Notes under the pieces: model-generated
Told to the model about the DNA's origin: nothing
The model's input: the letters and a program-made list of their open reading frames with translations, nothing else
The model's database searches: none
Translations under genes and position numbers: made by a program
Shown: piece by piece, positions 25,486 to 40,277 of the stretch
How positions within the stretch are numbered: position 1 is the stretch's first letter
How the letters are laid out: the number at the start of each line of letters is the position of its first letter
DNA from: Negaprion brevirostris
Taxonomy: Eukaryota
NCBI GenBank assembly: GCA_030324005.1
Contig: JARDVH010000059.1
Coordinates: 60,810,900 to 60,874,899 of the forward strand
Length of the DNA stretch: 64,000 bases
Reading direction: 5' to 3'

Positions 25486-26249
25486 AACAAAACATGTTGG
25501 CCAAGATGATATCAAGGGTCAGAGTGTAAATTTTACCTGCATAAAAGGTATGGTTTTATTGTAGTGTCAAATTAAAAATTGAACTATAAAATCATCCATA
25601 TATTCTGTACATTTTGGAGAAAAGAGTTATTTTTTGCATTTTTATTGCCGATTTTTTTTATTGATACTTGAGCACACTTCTACATGATCAAGTTATTGTA
25701 CTGGCACATGTAGTGTGACTCAGATATAATTATGACACTTTCATGCTTCTTAAGAACTAAGTAGCCACTTTACCTGTCCAACTAACAAAAGAATCAGTAA
25801 TCCAGGAAGTGATATAGTCATGTAGGATTCAAATCTATAAAATAAACTAAAGCAGGTTGACCCTATCCTTATCTGAACTTGAAACATACCACTTTCACTA
25901 AACCTCACTGGTCCATGACAAGAAGTGGATAGCTGGTTTGTTTTCTCTCTCCCTGTCAAAAGGTCACTATACCTTGGTTGAGTGGATCCAAGTTCCCAGG
26001 AGAAAGAGCTATTAATATTAAGAGTTGATATAAAATGTTGATGATACGTTAGCTGGTTTGACAGAGAGGTTATTTTTAAAAGTCACTGGTGACACATTTG
26101 ATTTAGGATAGCACACCATTAATAATGCAGTTTTTAATATGTATATCTCAAGATTATTTGCTGCATTCCATACTAGCCAACTACTGCAAACTCTGCGCTT
26201 TTTCTGTTTTGTTGCTGTAGACTAGCTGTGATAATAACACATAGTTGGT

Positions 26250-26264
26250 TATTCTGTGTTTCAG
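26250..26264 (+). promoter_or_regulatory. Candidate 3' splice acceptor of the FAM110B coding exon (alternative AG at 26219-26220)
   Basis: TATTCTGTGTTTCAG|ATC lies about 300 nt upstream of the ATG. A second pyrimidine-rich acceptor, TTTTCTGTTTTGTTGCTGTAG, ends at 26220. Confidence 0.5.
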
Positions 26265-26497
26265 ATCACTGCCTGGAGTCGAACATAAAAGAAGACAAGT
26301 CCCCCACATCTCTTAGTCAGCTTAAAAAAAAGAATCAGTAGAGCAGATTAATACAGACTTGTGTCTCGTGGCCCTGTTGTACAAAGACTGGCTTTAAAGA
26401 GAACATAGTGGTATTTAATGAGCTATGAGATGAGGCCCTGCTGGTGATATTTGCAGCATAAGACTCTTTCCCTTTTCTGACTGCTTGATGTACATGA

Positions 26498-27687
<1,190 letters not shown>

Positions 27688-28505
27688 GGAAGGGACACAA
27701 TCCTGGTTGAGTCAACTTTTTTTTGTATTTTTATTTTTGTCTGTGAATCTTTTAGTTGTGAAGAGTTGTGAAGTCTACTGGGATATTTCTTGCAGATCTC
27801 AATTCCACTGTGTTGCTAGCTGTATGTTCTCTCATTGCATGCTTATTGACTTGAACTCAGAACTGGCCTATACTTCAGAACACACGAAGACATGGACATT
27901 TCAACTGTATTAAGATATATACCTATATACATATGTATTGATCAACAAGAGCACGGGGTACTATGTCCACATTTTATTGTACATTTCAAAACAATTATCT
28001 GTGAGGGCAAATGACCTTTATTGTGGCCGAAATAATAAATGTAATCAGGGCAAAAAATAAATCATCTATAACATTGCGACGGCAGTCACGTATAGCTCAC
28101 CTTGGTCTTGCAACGCATGGTACGGCCCATGTAATCTATTCAATAGTCCCATGTAACCTCTAATAGTAGTGCGTTGTCTATAATGTTTCTCCTGAAGCTG
28201 TCCAGTTTAATGCATCAGCACGGTACAGCTCTGACAATCCATGTCTTCCAAATCTGCTTCAACTGCCAGTCTAACTGTCTGCTGTAATGTGGTGCCGAGA
28301 AGTGAAAAGTACAGCGGGTGATCTCATTAAATTCTTCATTGCTGCTTTTTAATATACTCCAGCGCTGCACTTCATTTCATTAAATGACTGGTGCCTAAGC
28401 TGATAGGGGAAACCAGAACTTTTTTTTTGTATTGTATAAATGCTGTAAGAGTTTGTAAATACTTTAAAGCTGTTATCAGATCTGTAAAGAAGAATCTGTT
28501 ATACT

Positions 28506-28511
28506 AATAAA
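28506..28511 (+). terminator. Likely FAM110B polyadenylation signal
   Basis: AATAAA about 820 nt after the stop, followed by a U/GU-rich tract (28525-28560). Upstream UGUA motifs include TGTAAATA at 28454-28461. Confidence 0.55.
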
Positions 28512-29379
28512 TAGTTTCCAGTCCATTTGTCACCTTTCTTGATTTTAGCTTTTTTTTTCATTCATGATGCCAATATTGCTTTAGTTTTAAAGTGAACATT
28601 TCAAACAGGTTTGCAATATTGTGACTCTTATCGTTTCTACTCTTATTGTGGTTTCATTCATGGAGTGACAGTACACGTCAGGCAATGTGCAATGGTGGCC
28701 TTAATTCACAACACTCCACATTGATTACTTAGTATTCAAATCCTAGAATTATATTGAGCTCTTATCCCTTTTAAAGCTGTTAGTGGGATCCATAAGGTGT
28801 TGCACTGTAATACTTCAAAGCTGCAGCAAAGACTTAATGGCAATTTGAAGCCATGCTCCTTGTGTTTGGGCTGTGTAAGCATAGGAAATAGTCCTTTTCT
28901 TTTTTATTTGTATTTTTGGAAATAATAGCTTACCTTTCAATCTTGAAGGTTAAAGGCTTGATATACTTTACGCTCTTAAAGATTAAAGGCTTCACACATC
29001 CTTTCCATGGGGTGGGTTATCTCCCACGTACATCTTGCCATACTTGCAATCAACTAAACTCTAATATACCATTTTAAAATCTAAAAGCAAGCTGCAATAA
29101 ATTATAAAACAGGATTCTAGGAATTATACTGAAACTGAAGTGATCAACATTATTCTTGTTCAAGGTATAAACATGAATTAAATGGCGAATACCACTAATC
29201 TANNNNNNNNNNAACATTACAGGAAATTTGCGGAAGGTGGTTTGGCAACAGTTGAAGGAAAGATACTGAACATTTTCTAACTGATAAATGGTATCGCATG
29301 AAGCATTCATTATGGACACATTCTTAGCCCCCGTATAGAGGCAGGCGGGCACATAGAATTTGTGCCGTCACCTGGTATG

Positions 29380-30020
29380 CTACAGCCAACAATTAAGGCA
29401 AATGGCCTTTACAGTAAGGGGATTGGTGTACAAGAATTCAGACATCTTGCTACAATTGGACAAGGTTTTGGTGTGACTGTATGCGGAATAGTGTGGGTTC
29501 TTTTGGTCTCCACTTTTAAGGAAGGATATACTGGCATCAGAGACAGTACAGTGAAGGTTCAACAAATTGATCCCTGGAATGAGGGGTTTGTCCTATAATG
29601 AGAGGCCGAGTAAATTGGGCTTACATTGTCGGGAGTTTAGAAGAATGAGAGGAGATCTTATTGAAACCCATAAAGTTCTGAAGGGGCTTGATATGGTGGA
29701 TGCAAAGAGATTGTTTCCATTGATGGGGGAATCTAAAACAAGGGGACACAACCTCTGGATAAAGGGCCAATCATTTTAGGACTGGGATGAGGAGAAATCT
29801 TTTCACTCAAAGAGTTATGAATCTTCAGAGTTCCCTAGTCCAGAAGAATGCGGATCCTCTAGTATTGAATATATTTGTGGCTAGATCATACAGATATTTG
29901 GGATCTCAGAATTAACAGATATGAAGTTGAAGCCCAACATCAGCCATGGTCACATTGAATGGTGCAGCAAGTTCAGTTAGTGAGATGGTCTACTCCTGTT
30001 TCTCCTACTTGTGTTTTTAT
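29380..30020 (+). mobile_element. CR1-like LINE 3' portion
   Basis: IPGMRGLSYNERPSKLGLHCREFRRMRGDLIETHKVLKGLDMVDAKRLFPLMGESKTRGHNL is a CR1 ORF2 C-terminus. Confidence 0.85.
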
Positions 30021-32454
30021 CCGACTCCCTAACTATTTTTTGGAGGTGGGATCGGGGGCAAAGTGGCTACCCACTCACAATTCAGGAAAAATTATTGCCG
30101 GGTGAATATTTCCCAAACAGTGCATGATCAGGATTTCTATTTGACCCTGACTTGGAAGCCCTGACCCAAGACCCAAATTCTTGTTGTATATTTTTGTTTT
30201 GGACATTAATATTTCAGTTGAGAACAGTTCTGCGGAAATGCTAACCCAACTTTCTCTTTCAACTGCTGACTGGCCACTCATTGCACATTTTCTGTTTTCA
30301 TTGTGCCATTGTTCAGAGTAAGAGTGTATGATTAGATTGCCGATGTTTTTCTTTTGGTTGATGGGCCTTGTAACCTTTTGGCCTCTGTATATGTTCACAT
30401 GGCATTCAAACACTTTTCACTTCATGTTTCAACACTGAGTTCAACCAAAACTTTAGTAGATATTTATCTGTGCACTATTTTTCTGTATTTGTATTGCATC
30501 CTCTTTATGTATTATCTTGTACTAAAGGCACAATTGAGTTTGGAGAATTTGGAACTAATGCTACACAACTCTTTAAAAACTATGGAATCACAAGTTAATG
30601 ACTAAACAATTGTAAGTGCTTGGTGTTTCTTTTACTAGTTTTAATAATAAAAAAATGTTTCTGCACTCTAGGCTGAAAGCAACTGATTTTAGTATAGTTA
30701 ATAACATTATGTGATGAGGTAGAGAAAAATCTTTTATTTGATGCAGCCACATTTTTCAGAAGTTACTTCCATTTTCTACCGAATTAGCAGCTAACCCTTA
30801 CCATGGTTCTGTCCTTGCTGCCAAATGTTCTTCTCTTACTGCAAGCAACGGAAATGAGATGATTGTTCAGTCACATTGGTATTATTTTTTTTCTCTTTGA
30901 TCAGGTATAATGGCCTTGTGCTAAGATTGTTTGCTTCTCTTTTCAGTTTTAGATTTGTAAAGTGTCTCATTATTTTAAATTGCATTTTCAGAAACGAGTC
31001 TAACTTCTGCACCGCCTTTGGATTGGTTGAAAGCACAGTGGGGAAAGGCAATAGACTGCACATCATAGCTCATAAAGAAATAGACCTGGAAATAAATATG
31101 TCCTGCAAATTAGTACCAGGATCTATTAAAACAGCAGGAGTATTTTGGTTGATGCTTTCTAACTGAAGTGGCTCATTATCGCGTGTCTGGGGAAGGTAAT
31201 ATGTGCCAAGTTTAAATGCAAGTCATGCAGCAATTTCCAGTTCGCCTCCAGTTATACTCGGGAGACTCGATATTTATGTTCTGATGTATAAATAATGGAC
31301 ATTTTTGACTGGGGGTTATCGGATACCCAAATGCATGCGCTATTTCTGACATGTGTAACCTTGACGTCATGTACCTTTGTTTTATGACTTGCACTTTACC
31401 TTAAATAGCTGTTTATTCTTGTTCAATAAATTGATGCTCTGCATAACTGACCTTAAATTTTTCACATCAGAGAAACACAGAAAATGAGACTGGGTGACAA
31501 TGAAAATGCTGTTAATGTAAATTGTAATCATATTTGGTGGTGGAATAACTTTTCGAAGATAAATGTGATAAGAAGTGACTCGCAATTGATGTTTGCTGGC
31601 TTTCATATTTTAGGTTGTTGGGAAGTTCCACAGGAATATTCGAGGAGTGAATATCTGATCAAATATTGCCTTTGAAGAAGAGCGAATAACACCATGTAGT
31701 CAAGCGTTTAAAAACATTTGTGCTATAAGTCTGATGGAGGTTGGTGGATCAATGATAAATGACTGTAAAAGTATTGTCAAAAATACCACAAGCCATGCCT
31801 GACTCCGAGAATTGGAAAAAAGGGAGGCTATTTAGTGTACTGTATAGCAGNNNNNNNNNNNNNNNNNNNNNNNNNNNNNNNNNNNNNNNNNNNNNNNNNN
31901 NNNNNNNNNNNNNNNNNNNNNNNNNNTTTTTGAACTATTTTTCAATCTCTGCAGGACTGGATCAACTCTCTCAATTTAGTCGTGATCATGCAGGTTTTCA
32001 AAGTGACCTAGAATATGTAGCTGTATTTTTAACTGCCACTATCCTCATGCAAGTGCTTAACACACACCATAGATTCCTACAATGTGTAAAGAGGCCATTG
32101 ACCTATTGGACTGGATTTTACTCTCCCCACCAATAGATTTGAAGGCTGGGAAGCTCATGAAACAGTGTCTCCTCCCCTAACCACCCCCTCCACCCCCAAC
32201 TGTCCATGTCCTATCTCAAATTTTGTATGGGTCACTGGAGGTGTCAGCCTTGGGGGCCATCTTGCCCTTGTCGCTGCATTACCTGCAGCAGAGTAAGGCC
32301 TGTGCCATGTGGATAGCCCGGCAACTTTAGCTGTGTGGTATGGTGTTAAGACTCTTTTTGGGCCTCCTGTGTCAGTCGGAGAAACCTCCCCCTGCCTCAT
32401 AGATCATGCTTTACCCTTGCCCCACCAGCCTCTCAAAATCTGGATGCAATCCCC

Positions 32455-32569
32455 TTGTGAACAGAACTCCCACTCACTTGATGAAGTAGCAGCACTCTGA
32501 AAGCTTGTGGCTTGTGCTACCAAATAAACGTGTTGGACTTTAACCTGGTGTTGTGAGACTTCTTACTGT
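32455..32569 (+). mobile_element. Penelope-like family A terminal-repeat fragment
   Basis: TGTGAACAGAACTCCCACTCACTTGATGAAG...GAAAGCTTGTG...GTGAGACTTCTTACTGT, collinear with 62884-62997. Confidence 0.7.
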
Positions 32570-32889
32570 CCCCATCCCCTTCACCAGGGCCTTCCAGGCA
32601 GGCCCAGTGATACCCCAGACTATCTGGGCACCTCCTTGTCATGAATGCTGTAATCCCATAGTTCCAGCCTGGTGGCTGCTGGGACTGTAAAGCTTCCAGC
32701 CATCCAATTGGCTGCAGGTGGGACTTCCTAAGGGGCAGCAATTAATGTTGCTCCTGCATTAAATTGCTGAGGGACAGCTGTCATCCAACTATTTAACCAG
32801 GCAGTTGGGGATCATAGCACACTGTAATATCCAGCATGTGTGTGTATTACAGCTTATTTTATAGTACACCCACCTCTTAAATCGTCAAT

Positions 32890-33002
32890 TTTGGTTCAAG
32901 CCCCATTCTGGAAACATGAACCCATGATCGTAGATTGACATAGCAATACAGCACTGAGATGCTGCTGGAGGTGCCACCTTTTGATGAGACATTAAACTGA
33001 GG
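32890..33002 (+). mobile_element. Deu-SINE 5' part; its 3' part probably resumes at ~34860-34930 and 35304-35390
   Basis: GGTTCAAGCCCCATTC...GGAGGTGCCACCTTT.GATGAGACATTAAACTGAGG. Confidence 0.55.
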
Positions 33003-34200
33003 ATAGAAACGTTGAAAGTAGGAGGAGGCCATTTGGCCCCTTGAGCATATTCCGCTGCCATTCATTTTGATCTTGGCTGATCGTCCAATTCAGCCGACTG
33101 TTCCCATCTTCTCTCCCACATCCTTTGATCCTTTTACCACAACAGTTATATCTAACTCCTTCTTGAGAACAAAATGTTTTGGCCTCAATTACTTCCTGCG
33201 ATAGTAAGTTCCACAGGCTTACCATTTTCTGGGTGAAGGAATTTCTCCTAATTTCAATCCTACAGAGCCTGCCCTGTATCCTCAGACTATGATCCCTGCT
33301 TCTAGACACCCCCACCCATTGGAAGCATCCTTTTTGTATCTACCCTGTCTAGTCCTATTAGAATCTCACATGTTTCTATGAAATTCCCTGTCATTCTTCT
33401 GAACTGCAACAACTATAATCCTAACTGACTCAATCTCTCCTTGTACATCATCCTGCCATCCCAGCAATCAGTCTGGTAAAACTTAATACTTCCTCTGTAG
33501 CAAAACATCCTTCCTCAGATAAGAAGCCCAAAACTGCACACATTATTTCCAGGTGTGACCCCACCAAAGCCCTGTATAATTGTAGAAAGACACCCTTGCT
33601 CCTGTAGTCTTGCTGCACCTGCATGCTTACTTTCAGTGACTGGTGCATGAAGATCCCGAGGTCACATTGCATATTCCTCTCTCTTGATTTATAGTAATTC
33701 AGATAATAATTGCCCTTCCTGTTTTTGCTATTAAAGTAGATAACTTAACATTTATCCACATTTAACTGCATTTGCCCACTTAGCTTATCCAAATCACACT
33801 GATGCATCTCTGCATCCTCCTCACAGCTCACCCTTCCACCCAGCTTTGTATCATCTGCAAATTTGGAGAAATATTTAGTTCCCTCATCTGAATCATTGAC
33901 AAATCCTGTGAAAAGCTGGGGTCCTAGCACTAATCCCTGTGGTACCCCATTAGTTACTGCCTGCTATTAAGAAAAAGACCCATTTATTCCTACTTTTTTC
34001 CTGTTTGCCAAACAATTTTCTATCCATCACAATGCACTGCCCCCAATTCCAATCGCATTAACTTTACAAGTTCATTTCTTATGTGGGACTTCATCGAAAG
34101 TCCAAATAAAACACATCCATTGGCTCCCTATCGTCAACTCTACTAATTATGTCCTTGAAGAATTCCAGTAGATTTGTCAAGCATGATTCTCCTTTTGTAA
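33003..34200 (-). mobile_element. CR1-like LINE RT to 3' end
   Basis: GVPQGLVLGPQLFTGFVNDSDEGTKYFSKFADDTKLGGRVSCEED. Confidence 0.85.
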
Positions 34201-34229
34201 TATGTAGTACAGATTATATGAGCAGGATT

Positions 34230-34862
34230 GGGCAGGATTTCTGAGGCTGGGAACTGATGTTGAGCATGAATCTGAGTCACCAGGGTGGCTGGAGGATTTC
34301 TACCTCAATTTTACTGGTGGCAGCCCATGAATAAGCCGTCATAGGGTTATCTGTCTTGTGTTGGATCTCTGCCCACATCCCTGTATCTACTAGCCCAATC
34401 AGAGGGCCAGCAGCTCAACAGCGCCACCAGGAGCAGTGGCCACTACTAACATCTGCAGAGGCCCTGAAACCTGTTCCACATGAAGAAACATTACAAAAAT
34501 CAAAAAGAGGTTGATGGAGGGAAAGCTTGACCTAACCGCCTGCTTTCCCTGCTCACAACTCCCCTCTTAGAATGCAGAAATATTTCACCCCCTTTCTCTG
34601 GCCACTCGGCTGCTCTGGGAGGCCCTGTATTCAGTTTGTGGCCTTCCAACCCACCTCTGGATTGATACACCATTAGCAAAATACTGATGACCTAATACAG
34701 TGATGGATAAGTTCTATCTTTAATTTTGTTTCCTGTCTGCTGGAAGCTGGTCCTGAGATTGATAAAATGCGCAATGGCAGAATTGCTGTGGGAGCCAATC
34801 TGACTCCTTCATCAGCCTCCCCACCCTGATCCTGCCTCCTGGANNNNNNNNNNNNTCCTCCC
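34230..34862. mobile_element. Possible Harbinger-type non-autonomous element
   Basis: Starts GGGCAGGATTT and ends ...TCCTCCC after a gap; GC-rich interior with CCAATC/GATTG motifs. The right TIR is obscured by Ns. Confidence 0.35.
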
Positions 34863-34930
34863 ATTGTCTTATTGTTATTTGTGGAACTTTGAATGTGTGA
34901 AACTGGCTGCCCTGTTTACTATATTACGAC

Positions 34931-35303
34931 GCTGATAGCCAAGTTCTGCTCACATGAGGACAGCCTCAACCAGGATCTTGCGTTCATGTTGCACTATCTG
35001 TAACCCGCACAACTTGCCTAGGCTTGCAAAATCTCACTAACTGTCCTGGCTGGAGACAATACACACCTCTTTAACCTGTGCTTAACCCTCCCTCCACCAA
35101 CATTGTCTGTAGCTTTAAGACTTGAGTGTCTGTAAAGACTTGCATTCCAACCATTATCTTGTAAATTGAGTCTGTATCTATGTATGTCCTAGTTGTGAAC
35201 ACAGGTCCTCACTCACCTGATGAAGGGGCAGTGGTCCAAAAGCTTGTGCTACCCTAAATAAACCTGTTGGACTTTAACCTAGTGTTGTGAGACTTCTTAC
35301 TGT
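34931..35303 (+). mobile_element. Penelope-like family A 3' fragment inserted in a Deu-SINE
   Basis: LIAKFCSHEDSLNQDLAFMLHYL* plus a terminal repeat collinear with 62622-62995. Hammerhead GAAA is mutated to AAAA. Flanks ATATTACGAC / ATATTACAAC. Confidence 0.75.
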
Positions 35304-36759
35304 ACATATATTACAACAGAGACTGCACTCAAAAGTCCTTCATTAACTGCAAAATGCTTTAGGACATTGAGGTTCTAAAGGTGCCAAGTGAACCATTCTT
35401 TATACTAGTTCTTTTCTAGAATTGTTCAAAACTAACCCAATTATCCTTGGCTATCATTGTCATCTTGTATTCTCCCCACTTTCAAATATTAATTCAATTT
35501 GGCTTTAAAAATGCAATGCTCTGTGCCTCAATCCCTCCCTGTGGAAAAGCATTCCATGTTCCAACAATGCTTAACGATATGTCTGCTCACTGATCTTCTC
35601 CCTCTTTTAATGCTCATTTTAAATTGAAAGACCTCTCATCATTGACTCTCCAGAGTAAATAATATTGCCCTATTCACATTATAAGTGTTCTGCTAAAATG
35701 TAAAAAGCCCTGTTTAATCTCAGCTTCCTCTGCTCTAATGAAAATAGTTCCAATATCTAATATCGCATTTCTGTCATTATCATACTGAATCTAGATCTAT
35801 CTTATGTGTTCCGTGCCCTATTTATAGCTTCTAAATGTCTGTGTCCTTTGGTGTCAACTTTATATAATTACAGAAGATTGTAAGTTAATTGTAGGGTCTC
35901 TGCATAAGAACATAATAAAACAGGAGCAGGAGTGGGTCCTCAATTATTCAATAAGATCATGGCTTTTTGATTGTGGTCTTAAATCCACTCTCCTGCCTGC
36001 CCTTTATATCCCAGAAGTCCCTTGTCTGTTAACAGTCTGTCTAACTCAACCTTGAACATAGTCAATAACCCAGCCCCACTGCTCTCTGTGGAAAAGAATT
36101 CCAAAGATTAACACTCCATCTTAAATGGGGGAACCCTTTATTTAAAATTGTGCCACTGTAACCGAGTTTTTCTCTCAAAACATTGTGTCCAAACCTCCTC
36201 TAACTTCCTTTCCTCTTTCATGTAGGCCACATGACATCCAGACCTCTGGCAATTTGTCCACTTGAGTTTTAATATCTTTCAGAATGCATTCTTTTTCTGC
36301 AGTGAGTTTTACTTGTATCCATCTCTAGTCCACAAACATTGCCATTCATGCTATTTTTGTGAATAAGACATAATGCAGTCTGCTGCAGTCATTACATTGG
36401 GACAGGTAATTGCATTTTGACGTCTCTGAAACATTTGTGAAGTTTCAGGAAAATGAAAAGCCAACAGGAAATGGAGTCCTTTACATTCCCCAGGGGATTG
36501 TCGTCTTTTTTTTCTGTTCCACTTACTCGAGTGCAAGCTTTATATTGTTGCTGTCTGGACGGTCTTCATTGTCTTTTCAGAGTTGCAAGCTTTTTCAAAA
36601 TCCAGCCAGAAAAATAAAAATAAGAAACTGTATCTTTTTGGGGGGTGGAAATAAAAGCACTCCTCCATGTATTATTCAAGACCCATGCCAGGGAGAAAAG
36701 TACTTTTGAATACACATGACACATTTCCCTCTACCCTTTGCCCTGTTTCACAACAGAGG

Positions 36760-37330
36760 CTGAAGGGCCCAAACCAAGGGTGGCTCACAGTTCGATGATG
36801 ACTCCTTGTTATCTTCCTGCCTGCTAGTGGGAAGGTTTGACCTTCCAGCCTGACTAAAGAAGCCTGAATGGAAGTCGTACTGGCAGTCTAGGGGTCACCT
36901 AAAAGAACATGGCTGCAGTACAGTAAGATGTTCTATGAGTTCTTAAATTCTGCCAGGGTAAATGTGTAAACATTTTGCAAATGGCCCTGTATGGAAGGTT
37001 TTGATGGGCTCAAGTGTGAGATCGCCAAGTGCACAAAATAGCATGAAGCAGATTTGCCACTTAGCATGGTAACAGGGCATTCTTGGGGAATATGGAGGGG
37101 GCATGGTTTATGAACAGCACCTGTCAGTTAGCAAGGATCATTGAGAATTATTCTATGCTGACAGTAGACATGTTGGGCATGGATTGGAAAGCATGATGTT
37201 TCCACATTGGTTTATTAATGTCTCTTTTTATTTGCAGGAGAAAAGGACATATCATGCTTGAGACAGGACCACAGTGGAGGTGGTCAATCAAACATGTCAT
37301 TTTCAGCCCCCTGGTGGACAAGGTATTGGA
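36760..37330 (+). pseudogene. Decayed two-exon Myb/SANT-like (Harbinger accessory-type) gene remnant
   Basis: KRTWLQYSKMFYEFLNSAR|GTAAAT donor at 36958; TTTTTATTTGCAG acceptor ending 37237, then EKRTYHA*DRTT..GG. Resembles the RT.xQCRK(K/R)xNDL...TGGG pattern. Confidence 0.45.
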
Positions 37331-37779
37331 GCTGTCTGCCGACCAGTGGGGTTATCCCATTGTGTAAGGCAAGGGCGAAGGACGGCACGGGGTGGTGAGA
37401 ATCAAAGAGCACATAGCTCTCACCTACAACATAACAGTGAAGGGGTGGAGGACTGGAAACTGTGGAAGTTAGCAGAGAGATAGCATTGATAGGTTTAGAC
37501 TTTGGAACTTGCAGAATTTGGGAAGGAAGGTATGTTTCAATGTTGAAGGGGCAGAGGTTTAAACCATGGTTAATGTCTCCCAGTGGTGCCACTGTGTGAT
37601 TTTGGAAATATATATGTCTACAACCATCTCAAATGATGAATTACCCTTCATAGTCCTTGTTTATGTCCTCTAAAGATGAAGCATTGGAAAATGCAGCCAC
37701 CAACTCTTATGGGGGAAGGAAATTGGAAGATAAATAGTGGTAGAGGATTCAGTAGCTGGAGGAAACACATGGGTGTTAC

Positions 37780-38030
37780 TGTGGTTGTAGACATGACTCT
37801 GAGATGATTTTTTGCCTCCCTGGTGCCAAGGTTAAGGATGATACTGAGTGGCTGCAGTGCATTCTCATGGGAGAGGATGAATACCCAGCAGTGGTCATTC
37901 ACATCAATACCAAAGCCATGAGTGGGAAGAATAATGAGTTCTTGAAAGCAGATATTAGGGAGATGGGAAAGAGATTAAAAAGCAGGACATCAAAGACAGT
38001 AATTCCAGGATTGCTCCCAAAGCTAGTGAG
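37780..38030 (+). mobile_element. CR1 ORF1 esterase (SGNH-like) fragment
   Basis: CLPGAKVKD.TEWLQCILMGEDEYPAVVIHINT...LKSRTSKTVIPGLLP. Confidence 0.75.
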
Positions 38031-38034
38031 TAAG

Positions 38035-39305
38035 AGAACCAGTTCAATTTCTGGTCACTGGTAACCCCCAAGATGTTGTTAGTGGGGAACCCAGTGATGG
38101 TAATGCCATTGAATGTCAAAGGGTGATTGTTAGACTCTACTCTGTTGAAGATAGTCAATGTTTAGCACTTGTGTGGCACAAATGTTACTTGCCATTTATC
38201 AACCTAAGCCCAGATAATGTCCAGGTCTTGCTGCATTTGGACATGGACTGTTTCAGCATTTGAGGAGTCCCAAATGGTGCTGAACATTATGCAGTCATCC
38301 GTGAACATATCCACTCTTAACCTTATGATGGAGAGAAGATCATTGATGAAGCAGCTGAAGATGGTTGGGCCCAGGACACTACTTTGAGGAACTCCTCCAA
38401 GGATGTCCCGGGACTGAGACTGCCAAGAACTACAACCATCTTTCTTTGTGCCAGGTATGATTCCAACTAGAGTTTCCTATTGATTCCCATTGTTCCTAAA
38501 TTTGCTGAAACTATACTCAATCAAATGCTATCCAAGAGCAGTCACTCTCCCTTCACCTCTTGAGTTCAGCTCTTTTGTCCATGTTTAAACCAAGGCTGTA
38601 ATAAGGTCAGGAGCTTATTGGCTCTGGTGAAACCTAAACTGAGTGTACGTGAGCTGGTTATTGATAAGCATGTGCTACATGATTGCATTGTCGATGACAC
38701 ATCTTTGCTTTTGATAGAGAGTGGACTGATTGATCAGGTAGAATTGCCCTGCTTGTTGTGCACAGGACATAGCTGTAAACTTTTCAACTTTGCCAGGTAG
38801 ATGCCAGTGTTCTAGCTGTATTGGAATAGCTTGGCTCTGGGCAATTGCCACAATATTTCCAGAATGCTTAGGCTTTGAAGAATCCAATGCCTTCAGCTGT
38901 TATCTCATTTGGCAAATCAAATTGGCTGAAGACTGGCATCCATATCGTTGGGGACCTCAGGAGGCAGACAAGATGGATTTTCAGCCTGGCATTTCTAGAT
39001 TAAAATAGTTGCAAATCCTTCAGCCTTATTTTTTGCACTGATGTGCTAGGCTGTCCTATTATGGATGTGAAGCCTCCTCTTCCAGTTCTTCAATTGTCCA
39101 TCACAACTTGCAACTGGATGTGGCAGGACTACAGAGCTTGGAACTGATCCACTGGTTGTGGAATCACTTAGTTCTTTCTATCACATGCTGCTTCTGCTGT
39201 TTGACATGCAAGTAGTCCTGTGTTATAGCTTCACCAGGCTGGCACCTCATTTTTTAGGTATGTTTGGTCTTGCTTTTTGGCATGCCCTCCTGAACTCTTC
39301 ATTGA
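38035..39305 (-). mobile_element. Decayed LINE ORF2 (second CR1/L2-group family)
   Basis: Collinear with 2770-3240 and 57630-58290; RT remnants on the minus strand. Confidence 0.7.
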
Positions 39306-40277
39306 AACGTTCAGATTGTGAATCAAACCCTGGTGGTTCCATGGCCTGAACCTTACTCTTTCTCATAAGTAAACAAGGGTCAAGGGAGTGGGTCTGGGGG
39401 TTGGAAGAGACTGGAGTATCTAGAGACATTTTGTCATTCATTTTCTCTTCACTGAGATATTTACAGTTCTAAGTGAAATCATATGTAAACAACAGTGGCC
39501 AAATAGTGACTTAATACTTGGCTTCATGTTGACATAAAGAAACTAGTATGTTTACTTGTATATGATGGATGAGTGAAATAAAAATATGGTTTCATCAGTA
39601 CTTTGGGGTGAACTACCTTGGCAATTCACCATTTTTCATCTGTCAGGAGTGTCACTGTGATGAACAACTGGAAAAGAAGCTGTTCCTTTGTAGCCACAAC
39701 GTAACATATCTCTAAACTGATTCGCTTGACTTGGAGAATAGGTTTCCTAGATATGCCTGTAGCTGTTGTCTGATNNNNNNNNNNNNNNNNNNNNNNNNNN
39801 NNNNNNNNNNNNNNNNNNNNNNNNNNNNNNNNNNNNNNNNNNNNNNNNNNNNNNNNNNNNNNNNNNNNNNNNNNNNNNNNNNNNNNNNNNNNNNNNNNNN
39901 NNNNNNNNNNNNNNNNNNNNNNNNNNNNNNNNNNNNNNNNNNNNNNNNNNNNNNNNNNNNNNNNNNNNNNNNNNNNNNNNNNNNNNNNNNNNNNNNNNNN
40001 NNNNNNNNNNNNNNNNNNNNNNNNNNNNNNNNNNNNNNNNNNNNNNNNNNNNNNNNNNNNNNNNNNNNNNNNNNNNNNNNNNNNNNNNNNNNNNNNNNNN
40101 NNNNNNNNNNNNNNNNNNNNNNNNNNNNNNNNNNNNNNNNNNNNNNNNNNNNNNNNNNNNNNNNNNNNNNNNNNNNNNNNNNNNNNNNNNNNNNNNNNNN
40201 NNNNNNNNNNNNNNNNNNNNNNNNNNNNNNNNNNNNNNNNNNNNNNNNNNNNNNNNNNNNNNNNNNNNNNNNNNNNN

